64,000 bases of DNA from Oopsacas minuta (Eukaryota > Animalia > Porifera): assembly GCA_024704765.1 (NCBI GenBank), contig JAKMXF010000077.1:387220-451219 (forward strand), given 5' to 3'. Both the position numbers and the translations under genes were made by a program. The first letter of the stretch is position 1, and the number at the start of each line of letters is the position of its first letter. Below, in pieces: positions 14,601-27,059 of the stretch. The notes under the pieces were generated by a model that saw only the letters and a list, made by a program, of their open reading frames with translations, was not told the DNA's origin and made no database searches.

Positions 14601-15783
14601 TAGTGTGAGTGTTTTATACTAATCGTGAGAAATATGGCTCGGCATCATCCTCGAGATAATAAACAATATACAGCTGCAATAAAAAGGGTTCCAAAATTTT
14701 CCATTAGTTCCTATTACTAAGTATCATTACATTAGATTAGTAACTGATATCAATCTATTCATCAGCAAAATATTCAAGAAACTCAACATTCTATAGACAA
14801 CTCCCACTTTTCTAGAAAACCATCAATGTATGTAGGCAAAAGATACCCTTGGGTTCTCTTTATCCACAATGTTCCTTTGGACTCAATATCATAGCGTCTT
14901 ATCAATTGGCTACTCTGAATTTTCATAGTTTTTAGATACACTAGAGTTAGGATTGCATATATAATAGCAATTTATTGATATTTTCATTGGTAATTTCAAA
15001 GCTTTATTGATTGTCATCGCAGGGGTTAACCGGTAAACCGATAATATCGATAGTTTTGTAACCGCGCGCTTAAAGAAATGTAAGTACGATAAAAAAGAAA
15101 TACTATGAAGGAGAAGCGGCAATACGTAGACAAAACTAGGAGAGTGCAACGGGGAACGGATGGTGAGTAAGTAAATGCGCTTTTTCAATAAATCAAAGTA
15201 AGCAAAGGGGCAAAAGACAGAAAAAATATAGGGTACTAAGAAATGCTTCACATATCTAGCCATAATCTAGACAATACTCAACCAATCAAGTAGCTATATT
15301 TAAGAAACATGCATAGCAACTATTATGGGATTTAAAATAGTTTAATACACGTTTAGAAAGGTAAAAATCAATAGTTTGGCGAAGTTCTGTGTTTTGTGTC
15401 TAGTTACCTGATCGAAATCTTAAAATTTGAATAGATTGAATACCTGATAACCAAGCACCTAGCTAAATCTACACAAATGAAGCATACAAAGCATAGTTAA
15501 CGAGAGAAATATTTTGAAGCAATTATGTATCATATAGATCAAATTACAGAATTAGTATGATTAAAATGTTAATTGAGATAAAATTTCAGAAAAACTAGAG
15601 ATGGGGAGAGAAAATATTATTATATTCATTCGCATATTCTATACTTCCTTATGCTAATATTTTTTCATGTTAATTATTTGCTTTTGAGAAGTTGGGGCTA
15701 GGTAAGTTTAACTGAATTAATATACCGCTCGATTTCTCCTTTTCTTATGAATATTAAACCATTATACTTGTAATTAGCTTGTC

Positions 15784-16790
15784 ATGCCTAACAACTGTCA
15801 GAGTAATTACCGAGGAGAATCATATACTCCTGTACTTTACTACCAAGTGGTTCACTTGAACTTGTAGAACAATGGCTACGTGCGCTCTGTAGAGAAGACA
15901 TCAGAGTCTTGAAAACTGTATTTGTTTGTTCTGCACAATTCTTCGGAGAAGACATCTTTACAAGTTATTCTGTCTTTCAATCAGATGGATCATATTTAGA
16001 AGTGCCCGCTGAACCTAAATTAGTTACAGAATCGGTGATAAGATTCCTGCCCGGCTGTCCACCTCGTTTTTCTTCTACCAAACAAAAGCGTTGAAAGAAC
16101 AGGATTATTTGATACTACTATATATATATATATATATATATCAGGGTCTAGTACAGCACCATATACATAAAGTACACTTTCAAAGCAGCACATTACTAAG
16201 TTAGTTTCCAAAACAAAACATACGGATCTCACTGATCATTACATAATTTGGCCTTTTGATGACATTTACCTTAATTTGATCAAATCTTTTAAAAACAGTT
16301 ACTTGTTTGATTTCGATTTAGTCTCCGTTAACCATTGCAGAATTACATTCAATTGGTTACTATGAAGATGTATGACTTTCTCTATCCTAATTTCAGATAA
16401 ATGATATTCATGGCGTTACCTATTACTAAAGGAAGTTGGTCACCATGCTTCAGCTACTACCGATGTAAATTCTACTGAGACATTCCAACACCATGTTAAA
16501 GGAACAATTTTTAGGTGTTCATAAAGCCATTGAAGTACTATTTCCTTCAATTAGAGAAGATTCAAGGGCCCAGCCTATTCAATTGACATAAGTCCATACT
16601 ATGTCAATTGGAGAACGTTTGAAGTCGAAAAATATAAAGCGATATAACCTTGAAACTCTCGTACTCTCGCTGGGGAGTGTAATGTTGTAATTCAGATGGA
16701 CGCAATTCATGTCAAATCAACTTATACATACAAGGGAGGATTATAGAATATTCTCTGGATCTTACTGAACCTGCCAAAAACTGTTGTCTA
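15784..16790 (+). pseudogene. THAP-domain P-element-like (THAP9-type) transposase relic, 5' part only
   Basis: MPNNCQSNYRGESYTPV[fs]LPSGSLELVEQWLRALCREDIRVLKTVFVCSAQF...PKLVTESVIRFLPGCP resembles a THAP zinc finger; ECNVVIQMDAIHVKSTYTYKGG at about 16675-16740 resembles the first catalytic Asp region of P-like transposases. Confidence 0.7.
16119..16141. repeat. (TA)n microsatellite
   Basis: Pure TA run of about 11 units inside the P-like relic. Confidence 0.9.
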
Positions 16791-18810
16791 ATATAGACAT
16801 TCTGGCAAATACCAATCTTGTCTGTCAAGTCTTACAGAAGATAAAGAAATAGAAATTGAAGAGCCTTCAGATTCAAATTAAAAGTTAATTCAGACAAACG
16901 ACAGTGGATCATTAAATGGCCAGTATTTGTATGATCGAAGCAATTATTATATTGTGGAAATTATTTTCTGCTATAGAGAATCAACCAGGCTTACTCTATA
17001 GTTTCGTCGCACTCCATATTGAAATACTCTCATCAAATTAACAATTATGGTAATAGAGACTGAACAAGCTGATATATGGAGAGATGGTAAACTAATGTCG
17101 GCTCTATTTGCCAAATTATTGAGCTCTATTTCAAACTGTATCTTATCCAAGAGCAAAAAAAGTATGAATACTTGCTACCCTTGAAGTCTAATGCATACAA
17201 ACAATCGAAAATTTCTAGAAGTTGAAATCCAAATAGTTCCAATTTATTTTGTCTCCAAACCAAACTCATGTTTAATATGTGACTGATTGCAATAGATTCA
17301 TAAATTAGAACAACATTCCTTTACTTCTTAGACTGTGTAAATTCGGTCATCTTTATGTATGTATAACATTTTATTATTACATAGCACTGGTCAACGTTAA
17401 TCAACTTTAGAATTTATTCTTATTTGAATTCGAAGTTTCCTTAGCAATCTTTCTGTGCAAATTCCGAAAATTGAATCGAATTTGCTCCAACACGTCACAA
17501 TTGTAAAATACTAAAAATCAAAAACTACTAAATTAGTCAAATTTAAGAAATTTTTCAAACACAATCAGTTATCAACAACTTGTAAGAAAGTTCAAAGTAT
17601 AGGCTATTTGTAATCCACAGTAAACAAGAATGAGCTCTGTGTAGGCCGAAATGATCATTTTGGAGGCCGAAAGTAAACTTTAATACCATTTTGTGAAGTC
17701 TAATTGTAAAAATTACAGATTTCCTTACCAAAAAAGACCGGTTTCACCCAAATATACTCCTTACCTGTTTGAAAATAAATTTGAACATATAATTGATCGA
17801 AAATTTATAACGCTTCCTCACTGGTACTTCGGTTATCATTCAAAATTTCTGATATTTTCACAATTTTATAATATTTTAAGTCACATATCATCAAATTGTG
17901 ATGTGATTTAGGAAAATGGACTCTAATATTGGAATTAGCATAGTGGGTAAAAAACATAAAACTCTACTCAACACAGAAGAAAAATCAGCGTTGAACAGAG
18001 TGATCAATGGTATCAACAACATCCATGGTCCTTAAAATCGTCTAAGAACAATTTCTAAGTTGAGAATTAGGATAAATACCATCTAAAACTTCATTATTTG
18101 TAAACATTTATAGCCTTGACAGACATCCCTGAGCCAAATTCTCGCTCCAATAAACATGCCGTATAGTGAGGTAAATCACGCACCTATGTATAGCGAAATA
18201 TTTATAATATAGTGTAGGCATTTTACGTTGTAGATAAGAGATCCATTTTTAACCACAATATCAGAATATACCAGTTTAGATATTTGGTGAGTTCAATTTG
18301 GGTCTAATGTACTCATTACCTGTTCTTTTCGTTTCCAAAAGTTCAGAACTTCCAACAGTATACATACACAGATTGCAAGCCACTATTAATTATTACTGTA
18401 ATAGTGACGTAATGCTGTGATGATGGACAGATATTTGGCAAAAAACCAGAATGTACTCAACAAAAAAAGTAGTTTTCTCAAAGATGTATGTATACCAACT
18501 ATTTGAAACAGTAAAATAAATGAAAAGCAAGTTGGAATATGAGAACATTATAGAGGGTTAAGTATGTATCTAGTGTGGGTAACCTGAAGGAAACATGTAA
18601 AATGTGAAATTGAATACCGGATGGCCAATTACCTTGCTAAGATAGAGTGATGAAGCATATAACGTATACTTCAAGACCTAAAAATAATTGTAACCAGAAA
18701 TGCAGAAAACAGATATCAATTATATAAACATCTGGGATTTAATTGCGTAAAATATTGCCAAGATTGCAAAAATTGAAGTGAAAATTTCCGAAAAACAGAA
18801 GTGAGAGATA

Positions 18811-20127
18811 TCAGGGCGTTCAATAAGTCTTGCGGGCCATGATAAATCTTAGGAATTAGTCAAGTAATATATCGAACTTTCATATATTATAAGCCCATAT
18901 AGTTAAACTCCATATACTGAAAGTTTCAAGCGTATTGAAAAACAAATTATGAATTTTGAGATAGTTACGTGTAGTCAATTTATACCCACTGTTCACTTTA
19001 TGGCTTCAAAGGATGATCATTTTAACCTCAAATGGCGAGCTTACATAGAGTTTCCTACAATACTCAAGATCCAGCCCGTACAGATTTTCAGCGAGTTACA
19101 GGAGATATTGTGCGTGGATTGTCCTTCCAGATCTATTGTAGAGCGATGGGCTGCCCGTTTTAGATCTGGCGATGCTGATGTCACAGATTTGCCTCGATCT
19201 GGAAGACCGGTATCCGCCACCACTTCAGAGAATATCGCACTCATTGAAAGTATGGTCGTGGAAGACAAGTGCAACACTGTCAATCAGTTAGAACAAAGTA
19301 TGGAGATTTCATTGGGAGCTATTCATACAATTCTGACGACTGAACTAGGCTACCGATCGATTTGTGGGAAATGGGGCCCGCATAAACTCAGTGAGAATCA
19401 AAGGTTGGCACGACTGAATATTGCCAAGAACTCTCGGAAAATCATGAGAACTGCGATTCTAGACGCCTAACAAAGATCATTACTGATGACGAGACGTGGG
19501 TATACTATTCAACACCATATATCATGGGTGAGGGGCGACGAACAACAGGCGAAAATTCCTAGGCCCGACTTCCGAAAACTTAAGAATATGTATACCATCT
19601 TCTTCAGCAGTCATGGAATTGTCTTACAATTACCTTGTGAGAGTGGCAAGGCTGTTATTGCTACTTTCTTTACAGAGCAAGTGCTTCCAAATTTGATAAA
19701 AAATATAGAAAAGTACCGCCCGATAACCGGAACTCGAGGAATGAAGATCCTAATTAATAACGCCAGTTCTCATACAGCTAATCTTACCAAAAATTTCTTG
19801 GATGTAGAAGGGTTAGAATTACTTCCCCATCTAGCATACTCACCAGACCTAGCTCCGTGTGATTTTTGGCTATTCCCCAAGCTTAAAATCTACCTTCAAG
19901 GCAAAGATGTTAACACATTACAAGCACTCGGAACGGGCCTGTATCAGTACTTCAAATCCATCACCGACGAAGAGTACAGAAATGTGTTTTACAAGTGGGT
20001 GAAAAGGTCAAAACTTTGTGCATCTGCAGGAGGGGATTACTTTGGATAAATAATATAGTGAATTAGTGTGTATAGTGTTTGTATCATACTCTATGATATC
20101 ACCCGAAAGACATATTGAACGCCGAAG
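18811..20127 (+). mobile_element. mariner (DD34D) transposon, full length, defective
   Basis: Left TIR TA|TCAGGGCGTTCAATAAGTCTTGCGGG; degenerate right TIR CCCGAAAGACATATTGAACGCCGAAG|TA; about 1.32 kb. Confidence 0.88.
19000..20049 (+). pseudogene. mariner transposase, disrupted
   Basis: RSGRP, WGPHKL (WVPHEL motif), IITDDETW, LINNASSH (2nd Asp mutated to Asn), YSPDLAPCDFWLF with 34-residue spacing; frameshifts near 19440-19510. Confidence 0.92.
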
Positions 20128-21902
20128 TAGAAACGAAAATCGGAATAGTTGATAGCCAATATCGCAATAGATCTCGTATTTTGTTTGTCTATATGAGAAA
20201 ATTGAACATTTCTGGATCAAAATAATTGAAAGCCACTTCTATTTAGTAAAATTGAACTAACGCGCTTAGCTTGCTATGTCTCTCAAGACGGCTTAGTGCC
20301 TTAGATCAGATTAAGTATTTAAGAGCGAAATAACTTGAAAGTGTAGGTGACTACGCGACCGGTATACTCGCCACAACGTACATCGAGGATAGATTTTTGG
20401 GAAATAAAAATTTTTGAATTATCTATGGCCAATCCAAATTCAACATAATGACCTTCTGTGGTATTACTGGAGGTATTGATCGACTTTTGGCCCCTAATTT
20501 GGCAGTTCCTGCCTTAAGTGTTATAATATCCCACAATACGAGGTTTTGTAGTTATGATAGCGTATTTATTCCATGATGAATTTTACTTCAGTAAAATGAT
20601 GACGTCAAATTATTTGGCATATTCATGCTTAGCTTTGATTGAAATTTAACCATTTAACAGCTATATTGGCTGATGAGTGATAATTAATGTCATTTTTCTA
20701 GATTCCGGAAAGGTGACAATTACGGGATAATTTCGTCATATGTGTGATTCATCAGTACCCCTAAATTATGTGCTACTAGAATATATATTCCTATGAATAT
20801 TAGGACAAACCTTGCTGGAGCGCCTATAGATATCATAAAGAGAGCATGATGGATGAATATGTGCATCAAATTTTGGGGATTATAACAGATAGATATGTTG
20901 CGATGCTGAAACGAGGCAGGGAATTGCCAACTCTGCATCATGCTAGCTAGTAGCTACGCCCATACCCGAATCTCTAAGAGATGTAACGAATTTGAATTAT
21001 AGAAATCTATTAGAAGGAAACACGTTGAGATACACAGTATACAAGTGTAAACAAATGAAATAGTTGTGTCCATACATATTGTCATTTAGTCAGAACATGC
21101 ACTTTGCACGTACATAAATAATAAGCTTATGAATTGCATTCCCAGATTATCACGGATAATGTCATATTCGGCCGAATGGCATAACATCAAGGAGGAAACT
21201 TACTTCGCGAAATATAGAATAACCAGAATAATATCATAAATCTTTCATGCACGAGAACTATAAAATTAATCAGGATCCACTGTACTAGATTGTGGAAAAT
21301 GTCAGAAGACAAAGATCGAAAGAGTGACCAATAGAAATAAATAAGGAGCATTTTGGAATATGATGTAGGAAATGTTTCAGAAAAGAAATTGAAAGAGTGG
21401 AATTCAAATGAATAAAAGATTCAGTGATAGTGGTAACGGAAGGTCAAAGGATAATAATATAGATATAGAAATTTGAAAGAAAGTAGGTAATAAAGGCACT
21501 AAGATGAATAACAGAACGAAAATATACAATATAATAAACGAGAAGTGGAAGAGATTTGAAAACATTGATAAATGAATTAGTAAATTTTAGCAGAATAAAG
21601 TACCTGAAACTCGAGATAAGCAAATGTTTTTGCAGAGAAATCACTTTGACATTGCAGCATTTGGAAATATTCATCAAAATTTGACTGATATACCAGTGTA
21701 TAGTTTAGAATAGGTTTGCGACAAAAGAATGCAACAAACAAAGCATCATGGCAAAATATGTACTGTTCCTGTAGAAAAACAATAATAAATTTAATTTCAC
21801 AAAGATTTTGTGAATTTAGCTACCTTAGATGTCAGATCGAACATAGTTATATTTAGTCTGAGTAAATAAAACATTATCCCACCAATCAAATTAATACCAT
21901 TA

Positions 21903-22059
21903 CAGTGGAAATCGCTTAATCGGGATATCCACCCAAACGGGACAATGGTTTGGGAACAGATTTTTTACACAAAAAAATCGTCGGATAATTGGGACATTGA
22001 ATCGGTTAATCGAGACAAAACATTGACTCCCGAGCTGTCCCGATAAGTGGCTTCTACAG
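21903..22059. mobile_element. pogo/Tigger-like MITE
   Basis: TA|CAGTGGAAATCGCTTAATCGGGA versus right-end reverse complement TA|CTGTAGAAGCCACTTATCGGGA; internal TAATCGG repeats. Confidence 0.55.
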
Positions 22060-22532
22060 TATACTCATTCATGCGATCTCCAACTATACTAAAGTGAATT
22101 TATTTAACATAGAATTTCTCAGAAATATTTGAATCCGTTACAAAGAGATAATAAATATATTATGATGTGAAAGATTCGTTGAACAGAAAATTCCTTTCAT
22201 ACCTAGTGCGATAATGTGATATTATTCGTTACTAGGCAAAAATAATCTATAAAATCGATATGCAACAAAATTACAAATCTTTGCAAAATCCATCAAACAT
22301 ACACACCAAGTGACCAGCCAAATGCTGCTTGACGAGCATTTGCGGCAATAAACTTGCATTACGAAATATAAAAATGGGCATATCTAGTAAATTATGCGAA
22401 TTGCCCATTTCATGTTATGTTAGAGTAAAATATTTCATAGAAACTATTGTTCCTAAGTGTCTATATTTTGCAATAAACCGTAAAACGGTGTTATGACCAG
22501 CATATGGAGAGTATTTGGTTGAGGTCAGTTCT

Positions 22533-23312
22533 ATGACAAGATTTACTATCATGACAGTTTCACTATCTCTATTACTGGTACTATGGATACTTTATATCTA
22601 TGACAGACCTTACATGGCAAAACTATTATCCTTTGAAATGAAATCGTATAATGCAACTCTTAGTTCTTATCACTCTGATGATAATGTGCTCACTATAGTC
22701 TCATTATTGAGCAATGATAAAAGCAAGATAGGTTTACATTTTCATATGAATAGTTACTCTTTCACGGATTTGCATGAAGAAATTGGACTGAGTTCGTTGT
22801 TACCAAAAAGAATTGGTTTGACATGGGATGCATGAGAAAGTTGCAATACGCCAAATTCATGTATTATTTGAGAATATTTTGCAGCTATAATATTGAGCAA
22901 AAATGACAATTTCGAAATAAATGAAAGAGGAAACATATTGCTATTAATATAACTCTAGAGCAAAATAAAGAAACCGTTGAAAATGCAAAATAAACAGTGT
23001 GATACAAACTAAGAGTTGCGTTATACTATTTCATCTCATGATCAAAGAAGAATACTTCTGTCAATCTTTCATGGATATAGAGCATCCATGGCAGTAATAG
23101 AGATAGCAAACTCTCATAGTAGGAAATTTGTCATACAACAGGACTGTGACATTAAGCATACCAGTTATAAGGATTTGAAAATAACCTATTTTCCGCCTAT
23201 TGATAGGAGCAATAGTGTAAGCAATTTCTTATGTATTATAAATATACTTGATAAACCCCTGAGGCTATATTGGTTCACATCTTCCGGAGTAATCTGTCAA
23301 AATTTTCCATGA
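22533..23312 (+). pseudogene. possible decayed type II membrane protein gene (Golgi-enzyme-like topology), family unidentified
   Basis: MTRFTIMTVSLSLLLVLWILYIYDRP gives a short N-tail plus one TM helix; the same frame continues through several stops into ORF 23016-23312; no introns seen. Confidence 0.3.
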
Positions 23313-23917
23313 AATGTTTTCTCTCAGCAACCTAGGAAAATAAATAGCTAATGGCAAAAATTTATTGTCGGCTTGCTGCTAGCATAAATCTTAATGGAGA
23401 TGGAGCAATTCTGATTGCATGTTCAATTCTACATGTCGGAATTCCTCTGAGCTCAAATCTTCGAAAGGTTAAGAACAAAAGTCACTGAGTAATGGACATA
23501 TAAATTTTTGTGGCAAAAGCGGTACCAATCTGATATGTAGGCGCCACTTCACATGAAATGACAATTGTTGCTTAATGGATTGTATTCCTAGCAAATCAAA
23601 AAATTGTAAACCCGCTTAGAGATGCTTCAAATAATTTCACATAATATCTCGCTGTGGTTGCAACAATCTAATATTTGGCCAAACTTTCGATTTACTTGAA
23701 TATTCATTTATTCCTGAATCGAAGATGACTTGAGTGGTGCAATGATGTAATTCTAATTGCAATTGCCAGGAACATCATACGCAACATTTTCATTCCCCAA
23801 GGATAGAGTGTGAGAGAGGTGGTTTAGGACTATCCATAGTCAGAGAGGAGATTATAAGGGGAATGACAAACTACGGGTAGGTTAATTCATCTATTATTTT
23901 CAATTCCTATTTCAATA

Positions 23918-25107
23918 CAGGGTGGCCATTAAGTTCTGTCCCATTCGTTGATACAATATCACATAAATACTAATTAGGCTACCACAAGTTTAATACAATT
24001 AAATCACTCTCAGAAACATTATACTTTATATTTTATAGCTATATGTTGTTTATTCAATTTATCTTGTACAATATTCTATGGATTTTGAAAGGGCTGTTGT
24101 TGTTGAATTATTTTCTAAAGGTAAATTACAAGGCGAAATTTTCAAATTGATGAATTTCAAAAAATCAAGGAGAAAGTTCGTATATAGAACTATCCTACGT
24201 TATTAGAAGACGGGCAGCATTCAGGATATGCCCCGATGTGGTCGTCCTAAGTCTATCACTACTCCCAGGATGAAGAATTTAGTTAGGGACCGAGTAAGGA
24301 GGAATCCTCTACGATCCATGAGGAAAATGGCAGCTGAGGTCCACATATCCAAAGCATCCATGCAAAATTTAGTCAAGAATGAATTGGATTTCAGGTCGTA
24401 TGAAAGGAAGATTGTTCATTTCCTTTCGGAGACTATTAAGCTGAAAAGGCTCTCCAGAAGCAAGGGTCTTCTTACTCGGCTCGAAATTGAAAATCTTGAC
24501 CGGTTTCTGTTTTCTGATGAAAAATTGTTCAGTATAGAGCAGGCTACTAACAAACAGAATTACAGAATATTATTTCCAAACTCTTCAAGCATCCCTGAGG
24601 ATGTTTTGTATGTAGCTAGGACACAAAACCCCCCCGATCTATTATGGTATGGGCCGGTATTTCGGCGAATGGACGGACTCCGTTAATATTTGTACCTGAA
24701 AGGGTCAAGATAAATGCTGCAACCTATCGGCAGTTGATCCTTGAACCAGTAATTAAACACTCGAGCAGAAATATATTTAGAAATTAACCATTTGTCTTCC
24801 AACAAGACGGTGCTCCGGCTCACACCGCCAATATCACTCAAAAATGGTTACATGAGAACATTTCAGGATTTCTTTCAAAGGAGGAATGGCCTCCCTCAAG
24901 TCCAGATTTGACCCAATGGACTTCTCGATCTGGGCCATATTGGAAGCAAAGGCTTGTGCAAAGTCTCACAATAATTTGGACTCTCTGAAGAGATCATTGG
25001 TCAAAGAGTGGGGAAAAATTCCTCAGGAGGTCCTGCGAGCAGCAGTGGAGTCCTTTCCGACGCGACTAAGAAGTGTAGTCAAGAACAAAGGTGGTTATAT
25101 AGAGTAG
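23918..25107 (+). mobile_element. second maT (DD37D) transposon, 3' TIR missing, defective
   Basis: Left TIR TA|CAGGGTGGCCATTAAGTTCTGTCCCAT; transposase 24078-25107 with FSDEKLF, QQDGAPAH, WPPSSPD[fs]PMDFSIW; no matching right TIR found. Confidence 0.9.
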
Positions 25108-26770
25108 GATTTGTTTATGTATGCTAGACATATCCATTAGATATTTGAGTGCCATATATGCCACATATGGTACACAATGAATTCCTTAATAGCTCACCTT
25201 TCTTCCTAGTCTCTTGAAATATACATTCTAGGATAGCTAAGAACAGTACAATAAAAAGTCATCAAAATTCGTCTACCCCAATTTTTCATTTGTATAAGAG
25301 ACAATCAGATTATTCCTGAGGTAATTATATATTTAATTTGCTAGTTGTGGCTAGAAATACATGAGGGGAAATATAGATAAATTTTGTCAGAAAGATGTCA
25401 ACTAAATGGCCAAATAGGCTTAACAAGTAAAATATCAAATGAATACCCAATGCATATCATATGGGCTATATCACTTATAGCAAATTTTGTGAATATAGAA
25501 TATTTAAGTCTAGTTGTGAATGTTCAATGATTAATTAATTAACGTATAAATATGTTAGTGGGGAAAAGGTTGGATGGTTTGGAAGTTCTGTAGAGGTACA
25601 AGGAAGTTTGACTGAGGGTCCAATGTTATTTGATCACTCGAAAATAATATAATGCACTGACATTTAAGGATAATTATCAGTAGACAGAAAGTGGTATCAA
25701 ACGAACAATGGTCGGTTAATTTTGCCCAGCTCGAAACCATAATAGAAAGTACTCATTCTCGATTCCGATAGAATTTGTACTTTTCAATATATTTCTTCCG
25801 TGTTGAAGCATTAATAAATTTGAAGATTGGATAATTCGGTAACTAGCCGTAGATAACCCATAAACCTGTACTGCTCTAAAGTCAGTATATTATAACAACG
25901 GTGATTTTTAATGTTAATTACATATTTCAGTTGTTTGAAAGTATATCAAGCAGAATTTCTATGACCTATCTCAGATATCTGTTTCAATCTACTCTCCATC
26001 ATCAATACTTGTTGATAGAGAAATTGCGTAGTTTATTTCACTCATCGAGATTTCTACATGAGTTTGTACTAAGGTACTAGGGTAGGGATTTGCTGTTGTA
26101 ATGTATAAAGTTCGAATTAATCTATAATGCTTTCAAATTCACATGTGTTCGATCGTGGATGCTGATATCGGGATTGAGTCTTTTTCATATACCAAGCTTG
26201 AGTATTTAAATCCTTGCCAATTAAGTGTATCCTCTGAATGTATTGCATTCGACCTGATATGACTATTTTTGCAAAATCATAATGATAAAATATTTGATGT
26301 AATTGATAGTCCAGCCATTATTTAATTAAGTAAATCTATTATATTTATCAAGTCTTGAAACTTAGAAACTAAGAATGTAACAACCGAATTTCTCTAATCA
26401 ACTCTACCCATCTTAAGCGCGTTCCGAGCCTCTCTTCTTCCATATTTTCTATTCACTTTGGCCTCTCTGCACTGTATGTCATGTAACTTGGGCAGTTGGG
26501 AATAATGGTTGGAACCGCTGTCTCCAACAAGGCCATCTTCTGTCGGGGGTTCACTCTTCATTCACCTTCATCAAAATAGTCCATATTCTCCACAATGTCC
26601 ACTTTTCTGAAATGTTTGATACACATCTAAGCGATTAATTCAGGAACTAAATGTGATAATGATTTATCATTATAATTCTTGATCAGTGCTATCTAGTTCT
26701 GAATTTCGATGTGTGTCCTGTTCAGAATTCTTACAATTCAATCTAGAGTATGTGTAAGTGGAAATACATA

Positions 26771-26797
26771 CAGGGTGGCCGATAAGTTCTGTCCCCT
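26771..26797 (+). mobile_element. solo maT-type TIR
   Basis: TA|CAGGGTGGCCGATAAGTTCTGTCCCCT, close to the TIRs at 1271 and 23918; no transposase or partner TIR follows. Confidence 0.6.
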
Positions 26798-26852
26798 CTC
26801 TGAATAGTGATAACTATTTATGTAGCCATTCTTATAGATTATTACTTGGCAT

Positions 26853-27059
26853 CTGTATATGGGCTAATATGTTGTGACATTTGAAACTGAGTGACAATAC
26901 TTTGCTTAGTGTACTTTCACAATTCTATGTGTAGAATAATGAAACTACCTGAGAATTAATTGAATAGTTCAGCTAATAACACAAAATGTGTTACCAATCA
27001 AATTGAATGAAATGGTACGATATGAACTGTATATGGGCTAATATGTTGTGACATTTGAA
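26853..27059 (+). repeat. 33-bp exact direct repeat
   Basis: CTGTATATGGGCTAATATGTTGTGACATTTGAA at 26853-26885 and 27027-27059. Confidence 0.9.

Noticed and set aside
20720-20941. IFIHHAL motif resembling the missing PTP QYIFIH exon
   Set aside because: Reads MH instead of QY and has no AG acceptor at the required position.
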